From the NCBI GenBank assembly GCA_965235115.1, contig OZ249443.1, forward strand, positions 8,308,001-8,372,000: a DNA stretch of 64,000 bases, given 5' to 3'. Origin of the DNA: Laetmonice hystrix (taxonomy: Eukaryota). Positions 12,001 through 24,000 of the stretch are shown one piece after another. Under the pieces are notes generated by a model that saw only the letters and a list, made by a program, of their open reading frames with translations, searched no databases and was not told the DNA's origin. Positions within the stretch are counted from its first letter, which is position 1; the number at the start of each line of letters is the position of its first letter. Made by a program: the position numbers and the translations under genes.

Positions 12001-15000
12001 TGCATTGTAGAATAATGCTTCTGTTGTTAGAAAATGGTTCATGTTCATTTACAGATATGATCAATAATGGGTTAATATAATACATAATCGTCAAGAGCTT
12101 TTTTTGCCAGACGAAAAATATTTGATTACCTTTTTAGTAGATATTCCTTAAACAACTGTAATAAAGTTAATATTGATTTAGTAATGATGTCGTATTCTTC
12201 AAGCGAGAACAAGGAAAGTATAAAACGACAGGATCGCGGCAGTTATTATTTTAGAAAAATATTTTTGTATAAATAATTGCAGCCCGTTTCAGATGGAAGT
12301 GAAAGCCATAAAGGGATATGTTTTATTCGGAGTCAGTCCTGACTAGACCAATAATGGCGAGGACGGGATTGGTAGTTTGGAGTGGTAGGTTGACGTCTGT
12401 TTCTATGGTTACAGGTTCTATGGTTTCCGACAAGGCACAGAAGATAGAACTACACCAAACCCACAGTAACAACCTCCTGGAGCTTCCCAAGGGAATGTCA
12501 CTGGCGGTCAGCAATTTGTCCAATTTGTCTTTTCCGATTTCATTTTAACAGTTTAAAGATCACGACAAAGATGTTTTTTGGGCAAAATCCTTCAGCATGC
12601 CAATTATGTATGATAAACTCTGCTAATCTAAAACCACAAAGATGAAATATAAAAGTAGATGCTTTGCTGAATGCATAAATGACTTTTGTGGACTCTCAAG
12701 GTTGATGAGGGCAGTGGGTTATGTTTGTAGAACCTACAGAAGAGGCCGAGTATCGCGCCGGTACCGGCGGTGTTAGAGGCTAACGGTATCGACATCACTG
12801 TGGAGTCGGAGACTGAGACAGAGAGCGACTCAGACCAAGGTGATGAGGAGGACACCGTGCCTTGGGGAACCCCCGTACCCGAGTGAGTATGACGTCATTA
12901 TCCACCCCATGAGATGAGGTTAGCGATATTTTGTTGAGACTGGTGTCAAGTAATTGACAGACACGCCGGCATTATGATACAGATGGTGTACCTATACAGA
13001 TCACAGAAACATCGAAATGCTGTACATGTATATATATATATTATGAGACCATGATATAGAGGACACAGACTGAAACTGGCTTCCAGGTTTTTTCATGCCA
13101 GACCACAGCCAACCTACATTATCAGTCTCAATTCTAGAAAAAAAACCAGGTTTGAGTTGTACCCAAATATGATTTTTTTACCAAGAACATTTTGATGGAT
13201 GTGACTGGTATGCAGAAGACGGTATATCGAATGTGTTCTGTTTTAGTAGCCAAGACAAGCTTGTGTAAGTATGACAGCCCGTCGTTGTTCAGTACAACAT
13301 TTCCATATAACGCAACATCACAATCACTAAACCAGTTAGGACAGTCATCGGCACCCTGAAATGATCAGTTACCTTTCCTAGAGCAAGCAAAAACACACAC
13401 ACACAACAAGCAGACAGACGATGTCATCCATTATTTTGTCACCGTCAGTGAAAACTTAATTTCCTCCATTATTCTATTTTAAAGTGTAGCCCGCTATTGA
13501 GTGTTGAATTATTTATACCGGGAGTGTATGTTTGGTAGTTGTCGAGGTATTCGACTTGCGTGGTGTGGTTTCTCCGGTAGAGATGCCTTGGTTTGTAACT
13601 GGTCCGATTTTAACTGTGCATGTATGAGTACACACGTACATTATACACACACGTATCTATACGTAACACTTGTATACTAGATGTTGGAGGTGTGCTTTAC
13701 ATAGTAACCCACACAAACCCACACATACAAAATCAATATGCTCAAAGTCATGTTAAATAAACAGTTCTGTTTGCATGACATTTTAGCCGACGTTTTTTAT
13801 AACTAGTTTGTTAAAGTGGTTGCACAGATATTAGTTCTTACCAACAATAAATGTCAGATTTTTCTTTAAATAAACAGTGCATGATGGATTTAATTTTGGA
13901 ACTTTGGATGTGCATGAATGTATATGACAGGGGTGTTGTTTTTCACAATATACACACTGTGTTACCATGGATACATAACTATGTATTGTAGAGGATGGGA
14001 GGTGCCAGTATTGGGTTTTCATTAGTCAAGTGTTAATGTTGATCCTTTCTCCGCCATCCTAGCCCTATACCAGTGTGTGGAGCAGGTGGCAGGTACTATA
14101 ACTGGCCCAATGAAAACCCAACTATATACTGGCTGGCCATTCAGGTATGACCCCAAGATCAGGCCTAGGGAGTCTTCTGAAAACATTTTCTAAAGTTTTC
14201 TGCCTATATAAAGCACTAGAAACAAAACGGTCAATAGTTGTTTGATCCATAAAAGAGAAATGCGACTTACATACTGTACTTCAAGGGTCACCAGAGAAAA
14301 TACCGACGGAATATTTTAAGACAATGAGAGCGATAAACCACAGTGCGCTTATTTCATTTTCTCAAGTATGATTACTATTATAGCGTAACGGTCCTATGGA
14401 ACTTCAGCTTGGGACACCCCATAGCACAACTAAACACATCGTGGTTGTCCTAATATTTAGTGTTTCTCTTTATAATTGCTTATTGAACATTATTGACTGC
14501 GCTTCTGGCAGTCATGTGCCAACACATGGAAGAAATAATGAAGATAGTTATTGATATTGTTATCTGTTAACTGATCACTTTGACAATATCACACTTTTCC
14601 ATGGTTAGAGATTAAAGAATTGCAAGTATCTGTTATTATGACTACTTTAGATAGTTTATTGTTCCACATAATTTATGCCGTTTCTTTTCATTTTTTGCAT
14701 TATTGTTTCATTGTTTTGCTAGCCGTGACCTGGAGATGATAACATTACGTCATATTTTTGTTTTTATTAATAATATAACTGATGGTTCAAAGTTGTGTTT
14801 TTTCCAAACAGTTATGTGAAAGGCTTTCCCCCTACTCCCCCCTACATTGGCTGCAGCCCGAGGCTATGTCACCTACTGAAGAACAAACAGCCATTGTGTT
14901 GCCTACAGCTTTCAAAGGTAGCTATGGCAAACACGGCAAGGTCAACGCATATCGCCATGGCGCCAAGGTCAACGAAGGTCATAGAACGGAAAATTTAGAA

Positions 15001-18000
15001 GTTTGGGTGTAACTGTGTTTCAGCTGGTTACATGGGTATAGCTTAAGCGATCCAGTGGGAACTTTACGTTGACTTCGAACGGCACAGTTCTTGGTGACAT
15101 GTTGATTCTTGGAGAGTCCTTCCTTTCTGTCAGCTTTTTATTTTACCAAGCCTTCGGTTAGTTGGACTGTTTGACTGCAATCACAAGGGAGAAACGATTC
15201 AATGAACTGCCGAATGAAATACAAACCTAGAGGATATGTACACATCAGTGCATTATGTATCATGAAAATATTGTTACTGTAAGTCAATAGGACAGAGGAA
15301 ATGGGTTGTCCCTTGTGAAGGCGGCTAAAACAGATCTACTGCTTTCTGCACTTGCATGGTGAGCACATGTGCCCCCTCCCACGACCCCCACCGACGCTTT
15401 CAGTTTCCGTATCCTTCCTTCACAGGGCAAGGTCCCGTAGTAGTAAGTCGCGGTGGCACCAGGTGGCAGCGCGCGCGCTTATGTGTCACAGTGTATGTTG
15501 CCTCAGTGGGTGTTGATAGGGCGGCCGGGCATGCCTCATCACTCATCTCTATATTTTCCTCTTAGTTATGTGCGCGGGTTCCCACCCACAACTCCTTACA
15601 TCGGTACAAGTCCAACCGTCGTACACTTGCTGCGCGACAAGCGACCGTTGTGTTGCCTGCAACTGGCCAAGGTACAAACTGCCAGACTTATCATAAAATT
15701 ATCGATATCTTCTCAGAATATTTTACATATAATAATTGGCATTATGATTTGCATTAAAAACAATACCGCGCTGAAGATTGCTTCGAATTTGCAAAATTTT
15801 GAGCGTTTGTTTTTTCTCCCTTTTTGATCTATATTGAAGACCCCATGCAACCTTTTCCCTTTTTCTGCATGACTGTTATGGTTAACAAAAATGATACTAA
15901 TCATGGCATATAGCAACCTCCCAACCAACCAACCACTACCGTACTTTGTGACCAGCAAGACGTCTTGTATTGAATTCCAGCATGGGTGTTTTAACATACC
16001 CTGAACCCATGGCGAACAAGCTATTCAAGTTATTTTGACGATATAAAAGCAGTTTACGCGGCAAGTTACTGAGAAGAAGGGGGGGGGATACGAATAAAAA
16101 GAATATTGAAAAGACTACACTGACATACGGTATATGGAATATTATAGAAAATATAATGACAGCTGGTAGAGTTGAGAGCATCAGTAGTCAGTCATGAGGT
16201 GTCATATCTGTTTTGAGACTACCAAGGGGAACAGAGAAGGCGGAAGTTGGAGGTTAGATCAGCTACCTTGTTTTGTAGAAGCTTCGGAAACCCTTACTTC
16301 AATGTTCCTGGGGTTTGAGAAGATATGCACCTGTGCGTCCTTAAAGATGCGAATGTTTGGTTTTTATCAAAGATTGACTGGAATAAGTGTTTTTTGGCAC
16401 TGTTTGTGGTTGCGCCAAATGCATGTACGCCTGGTGGTTAAGTGACTTGTGTCTCGATGTTCTCCTTTCATGTTCTCCTCACACTGCGCCATACCTAATG
16501 TATACCCCTACACGTATCTTATCTGCTCTGCCTCGTTTGCGTGTGATAAAAAGATTTCTACATGTCCACTATTACTGAGTGACCCAGTCACAGACCTGTG
16601 TGACTGAAAATACAAACCTCTGAATAAATACAGAATTAAATGTTATTAACGTAAATGAGAGTTAACGGGTCGACCCAGACAAAACACTTTGTATAGAAAG
16701 GAAAATAATTGACAAATTGACAACAGTTTTGATCACCATCCTCACATTTGTCAATAGGTTGCATTTATAATTAATTATAGTATACTAATAATAAATCGAT
16801 GGCTATGTAAGAAGTAGGGTAAAAACCGTGAAACTTTAGAAAGACGGTTTTTGAGTGTATTTTTGTTGGTATTGGCAGGCTTGTGAACACTGCAGTTTTA
16901 AACACGCCAAGGAATACAACTGGCCGAATCGGGCCATCATTGTGGCGGCAGATTATGCAAGTAATGGTCTCTATAACTTCATCGTGCCATTACGCTCGCA
17001 CGCCCGGCCTAAACACACGCTCAACCCAATCGTACTACTACTAGAGCGACCGTAAGCAACATCTTATTGATTACTTTTAAACATGTATCTCATTAATTAC
17101 TTGGCTTGATGAATTCCGGAAATTTGAAATTGCCATTCCACGCGCAGATTCATTGAGGATAAAAGCAGAATGTGCAAGCTGACAGAAAAGTTAAGAATTT
17201 TAAAGATTCTGTAAAATTTCAGGGCCACCTTTTCTTTTATAATTATAAATGATTGTTTGTTGACCTCTCTGACCTAATGACACGGGTGTCAGAGAACAAC
17301 CTTTGCTGACCGTCATTTCGTGTTCTACCGACAGGCCGGACCAGAGTTTCCTAGAGACGATTTGTTACTTTCCCATGGTTTACTGGATGATCGGATCTAT
17401 AGACTGGTTAGTATCCACAGTTTAAGTCCTCAGTGGGACCAGGGGCCAGGGTCCTGGTAGCTCACGTTAATGACGCCCCAGTATAACTATCTCGGCGTTG
17501 TGTCGAGGTGGTCAGTTTAACCTCTAGCGGAAACCGGAGTACCGGATGATAACCACCGATCTGCAGCAAGTGTCTTTTTACGTTAGAATAATTTGACCTT
17601 CAGGCATATTAGATAACGGCGAGAATTACCACAGCATTATGGTAAAGCTATGAGGAGTAATTAAGTTTATACGTGTACAATGTTACTTAAGAGCAAACAC
17701 TTTTTTCGAGGAAACCTTATAAAACAAGATAATAATGCCGGTTTAATGTTTGGATACTCAGTTTAGATGACCTGCTACGTGCGGGTATCAACCTGGCCGA
17801 TAACGTGGTGATTGTGAACAAGGAGAGTTCTAACTCAGCCGAGGAGGACACCTTGGCCGACTGTAACACCATCGTGGCTGTACAGACTATATTCAGGTGG
17901 GTTATATCCTTAACAGAAAGCTTCTATATCCCTGACTGAAAACTGCTATATAACTTACAGAAAACTGCTATATCCCTAACAGAAAACTTCTATATCCTGA

Positions 18001-21000
18001 CAGAAAACTTCTATATCCATGGCAGAAATCTTCTATATCCCTGACAGAAAACGTCTATATCCCTGACAGAAAACGTCTATATCCGTGACAGAAAACGTCT
18101 ATATCTCTGACAGAAATCTTCTATAATCCTGACAGAAAACGTCTATATCCCTGACAGAAAACTGCTATATCCCTAACAGAAAACTTCTATATCCTGACAG
18201 AAAACTTCTATATCTCTGACAGAAAACTGCTATATCCCTAACAGAAAACTTCTATATCCTTACAGAAAACGTTTATATCCCTAACAGAAAACGGACATAT
18301 CCCTGACAGAAAACTACTTCTATATCCCTAACAGGAAACTGCTATATCCTGACAGAAAAATTTTATATCCCTGACAGAAATCTTCTATATCCTTGACAGA
18401 AAACGTCTATACCCTATCCCTGACAGAAAACTGCTATATCCCTAACAGAAAACTTCTATAAACTGAGAGAAAACTGCTATATCCCTGACAGAAAACTGCT
18501 ATAGTAAAGACGGCAAAAACGTAGTCGATTCTGAGAGGTTTTTCCCACCAGACTTGGTAGGCCTACCGTAATGCCCTGGTTGAGTTGACACTCAAAACTT
18601 CCCCTTTAACATTTTCACCTCCCACTTTCTACATGATAGATTGTTTTCGTTATTTTGTAGGTTATTTCCAAGTGCCAACATCATCACAGAGCTATCGCAG
18701 GCGTCCAACATGAGGTTTATGCAGTTCAGGGCCAAGGACCACTACGCCCTCCAACTCTCCAAGATGGAAAAGGTTAGTTGATGACTTGACAGTTATGATA
18801 TTGTACGCCGAGTCTGGGTGAAATGGAGACAATCTTTGTTTCTCAATGAGGGCTTGGTTTCTGGTTGCAGCAGAAAATTAAGATAATCTCTGGGCGAGTA
18901 ACGGTGTTTGTTTGATGTGTTACTTCATCATGTCACCTTGTAGTGGGAAGTAACCGTGCATGGACTGTAGTCACTATTGAAGTAGACTTACATATATCAT
19001 TGACATTGCTGGTGGAATCCTGCTGATGTAAGGACACAGACAGGGAATGGCTGAGTAGTTTGCGTGGAGTTACGTGGTCACACCTAAACACATGTATATC
19101 AGTAGAGGACACGATATTTGATTATTTGAGTGAGCGATAATATGTGTAATGACCTGAGCCGATCTGGGCGGCCAAGGTGAATGTGGTTAGACGTAGGTAT
19201 ATATATGAATGTTGGCTTCTGCTGTGAATGGCTGGGCACTTATTTATAGACTAGTTAGGATCTATGAGAGATCGATAGTGGGAGCTAGATCCAGGAATAG
19301 CAGTTGAAAGTAACATGCATGCATGGGGCAAACAGGTCGGGAAGAGGGAACCCTTTTATTTTCCCAAAGTCTTCATTCGTCTTCGCTTTTTACCTGGAAC
19401 GTTTCATAGAGGAACCCCCGCTTCAACCCGGATGGAATAGTTTATTACAAAATACAAAACCCTCAGGCTTTCAATGATTTTCTACTCCACCTTCTTATTG
19501 GGCCATCGATTCCCATTTCAGAAGCATTGGCCCGGGCGCATTCATTGATTTCTATTGTTAGTTTGTAACTTCTTTTTATGTTCTTTTTTCCCGCTACAGA
19601 AGGCTTTGGTAAGTGCTTTTTTGTCCATGGCCTTGACCTTGTGTCACGTGACTTCATTCCCGGCATGCACTCTACCTGTCGCATGCTGCACTCATTCCCT
19701 TGGACCCATCCCCAAATTGTCAAATAATTCTGAACGTAAGTAACGGAGGGATATCTTATTTGAGATACACTCCCAAATGGCCATGGAGGAAAAGAGCTTA
19801 CATCTAGGCCTATAGGTCTACTTTGGACCGATGGTTTTGGTAGGCCTAAGTCCACACTGCACGGTGTCTCTCGCTAAATAGCAGGAGTGCAAAATAATTG
19901 AATCCGTTAAGTCCGATTTTGAATGTTTGTGCGACGTCAGAGAATGAAGAATGTTACAAAATGTTATTCAGGTGTAATTCGGGTAACAGTAAGGAATGGA
20001 CTTGTTTGCATGGCTTCTCATTCCTTCTGTCGAAATACCCGTGAACTGGAGCGGTTGACAACACTGAAATTTTATGGTCAGAGTCATTCTGGTATCGCAT
20101 TCGATTCGTTCTGAAAGGCAACCTAAGCGACTCCAAGGTTGTCCAAATGAGGTTATATATCCTTTTCTGGATTTAATGAAGCCATTGCGATAAGAAAGGC
20201 TGGAAATGAAATGACTTGTGTTTTATTAATTAAAACCTGTGTTAATGTCCGGAAATCTTAATGTTTAAATGTAGATGATTTTACCAAATCATCGTTGAAT
20301 TATTATTTTATTATAGAATATATTTTCTAGTGCACGTTTTCGTTATGCACCTTTACGTCGTGTACAAGTTCGTTCCACAGAGGGTTCCACGTAACCTTAT
20401 TCGTTTATTTAGATTTCTAGACTGTTTTTAATTTCCTTTGTTCCTTTTTGATCGTTAAATAAGATTTAAAAATACGGATTTTTATAAGGGCAGGGCAAGT
20501 GAAGCAAATTACTTTTTTCTCTTCCTATATTTCTCTTCATATAATTGACCTGTTTTGACCAATGGGTATCGTAGGTTAGATTCGGTTTTTATACCCGTTC
20601 TGTCCTAGAATGTAGGCTGAACGGGCCTCACGTCTATACTTACATTATTATCTGTCGGCAGCTACCAATACCATGCACGAACTGTGTCTTACATTTGGTC
20701 CGACATTTCCATATAACTCTCACCCCTCTGAGTTCTTTGATGATGACCCAAAACAATGGTAGCTTTCAGGGGAGGGAGCACCCCTCGGTGTAAGGGCGTC
20801 AAATGTTAGAAAAAAATGACCTTTTATCAACGATAATAAGGCCACCCTATCCTGCGTACCAAGGTCCTGCTGGCCTGTGTAGGCGGCCCCCAACATGGGC
20901 CCAGCTTGACAAGGGGAGACCTCACAGACCGCGCCCCTTGTACTAACTATGTATACGTGTAGGCAGGTGATTCCCATCCCCCGGTACCGGCTAGGGTCCT

Positions 21001-24000
21001 CCTGTCACAGTGCCCGGTTCTCACGGTCCTTCCGTCTCTATGTATACGTGTAGGCAGGTGATTCCCATCCCCCGGTACCGGCTAGGGGTCCTCCTGTCAC
21101 AGTGCCCGGTTCTCACGGTCCTTCCGTCTCTATGTATACGTGTAGGCAGGTGATTCCCATCCCCCGGTACCGGCTAGGGTCCTCCTGTCACAGTGCCCGG
21201 TTCTCACGGTCCTCTCGTCTCTATGTATAGGCCTAGGTGTAGGCAGGTGATCCCCATCCCCCGGTACCGGCTAGGGGTCCTCTTGTGACACTGACAGTGC
21301 CCGGTTCTCACGGTCCTCTCGTCTCTATGTATAGGCCTAGGTGTAGGCAGGTGATCCCCATCCCCCGGTACCAGCTAGGGGTCCTCTTGTGACAGCGCCC
21401 GGTTCTCACGGTCCTCCCGTCTCTATGTATGCGTGTAGGCAGGTGGTCCCCATCCCCCGGTACCGGCTAGGGGTCCTCCTGTGACAGTGCCCGGTTCTCA
21501 CGGTCCTCTCGTCTCTATGTATATGTGTAGGCAGGTGATCCCCATCCCCCGGTACCGGCTAGGGGTCCTCCTGTGACACTGACAGCGCCCAGTTCTCACG
21601 GTCCTCTCGTCTCTATGTATACGTGTAGGCAGGTGATTCCCATCCCCCGGTACCGGCTAGGGGTCCTCCTGTGACAGTGCCCGGTTCTCACGGTCCTCTC
21701 GTCTCTATGTATACGTGTAGGCAGGTGATTCCCATCCCCCGGTACCGGCTAGGGGTCCTCCTGTGACAGTGCCCGGTTCTCACGGTCCTCTCGTCTCTAT
21801 GTATAAATTTTCAGAAAGAGAAGGAGCGAGGGTCACATCTTTACTACATGTTCCGGCTGCCGTTCGCTGCCGGTAATGTGTTCAGTGCCAGTATGCTGGA
21901 CACACTTCTATACCAGGTACGACTTCAGGTCGGGTACTTCTATACACGCTTTGTACGGGGACATGGAATCTTTAACAAATTCTGCTCTAAAAGTTCGAAG
22001 ACAATTCATGTGTCTTTAAAAATCCCTTTGGTCCTTGTAAGCTTTTGTCTTTTGTTAAAGTTAAGCTGAGGTCAACTTAATGCATGTTATCCTACCCCGA
22101 CGGACCGTTTGGATGGAGGAGATGCCGTTAAAAACTTGTATTTTATCATCAAGAAATCCTGTATAATATATATGTCTATAGTAGTGGATGTAAAACCAAC
22201 CTGTGAGTATTAATCTTAATTTGTTTTTTTAACCCAGGCCTTTGTAAAGGATTACCTCATTACATTTGTACGTCTCCTGCTCGGCATCGACCAAGCTGTG
22301 GGCTCAGGCCACCTCTCCTGTGTGAGTGCAACCATTATCATTTTGCCATTCTCACTATGTGCCAACTAATTTACTCAACTCTGTGGGTAAGGAGAAAACG
22401 AGAGTGTACAGCAGGATGCGGTATAATCTTTCCTGCTGATCAGAATTCTGGAACCCCCTGTAGATATCAACTTCACCCTGTACCTGGAACCCCCTGTAGA
22501 TATCAACTTCACCCTGTACCTGGAACCCCCTGTAGATATAAACTTCACCCTGTACCTGGAACCCCCTGTAGATATAAACTTCACCCTATACCTGGAACCC
22601 CCTGTAGATATCAACTTCACCCTGTACCTGGAACCCCCTGTAGATATCAACTTCACCCTGTACCTGGAACCCCCTGTAGATATCAACTTCACCCTGTACC
22701 TGGAACCCCCTGTAGATATCAACTTCACCCTGTACCTGGAACCCCCTGTAGATATCAACTTCACCCTGTACCTGGAACCCCCTGTAGATATCAACTTCAC
22801 CCTGTACCTGGAACCCCCTGTAGATATCAACTTCACCCTGTACCTGGAACCCCCTGTAGATATAAACTTCACCCTGTACCTGGAACCCCCTGTAGATATC
22901 AACTTCACCCTGTACCTGGAACCCCCTGTAGATATAAACTTCACCCTGTACCTGGAACCCCCTGTAGATATCAACTTCACCCTGTACCTGGAACCCCCTG
23001 TAGATATCAACTTCACCCTGTACCTGGAACCCCCTGTAGATATCAACTTCACCCTGTACCTGGAACCCCCTGTATAAACTTCACCCTGTACCTGGAACCC
23101 CCTGTATAAACTTCACCCTGTACCTGGAACCCCCTGTAGATATCAACTTTACCCTGTACCTGGAACCCCCTGTATCAACTTCACCCTGTACCTGGAACCC
23201 CCTGTAGATATCAACTTTACCCTGTACCTGGAACCCCCTGTAGATATCAACTTTACCCTGTACCTGGAACCCCCTGTATCAACTTCACCCTGTACCTGGA
23301 ACCCCCTGTATAAACTTCACCCTGTACCTGGAACCCCCTGTATCAACTTCACCCTGTACCTGGAACCCCCTGTATAAACTTCACCCTGTACCTGGAACCC
23401 CCTGTAGATATCAACTTCACCCTGTACCTGGAACCCCCTGTAGATATCAACTTCACCCTGTACCTGGAACCCCCTGTATAAACTTCACCCTGTACCTGGA
23501 ACCCCCTGTATCAACTTCACCCTGTACCTGGAACCCCCTGTATAAACTTCACCCTGTACCTGGAACCCCCTGTATAAACTTCACCCTGTACCTGGAACCC
23601 CCTGTATCAACTTCACCCTGTACCTGGAACCCCCTGTAGATATCAACTTCACCCTGTACCTGGAACCCCCTGTAGATATCAACTTCACCCTGTACCTGGA
23701 ACCCCCTGTAGATATCAACTTCACCCTGTACCTGGAACCCCCTGTAGATATCAACTTCACCCTGTACCTGGAACCCCCTGTAGATATCAACTTCACCCTG
23801 TACCTGGAACCCCCTGTAGATATCAACTTCACCCTGTACCTGGAACCCCCTGTATAAACTTCACCCTGTACCTGGAACCCCCTGTAGATATCAACTTCAC
23901 CCTGTACCTGGAACCCCCTGTAGATATCAACTTCACCCTGTACCTGGAACCCCCTGTAGATATCAACTTCACCCTGTACCTGGAACCCCCTGTAGATATC

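Noticed and set aside
14937-15075. CAAGGTCAACG repeats pairing with CGTTGAC as a docking site for exon pair B
   Set aside because: Only about 7 bp of complementarity, and AGGTCA/TGACCT motifs are common throughout this sequence.
19463-19855. 130-aa minus-strand ORF
   Set aside because: No recognisable domain, start context or splice signals; consistent with chance or a decayed repeat.
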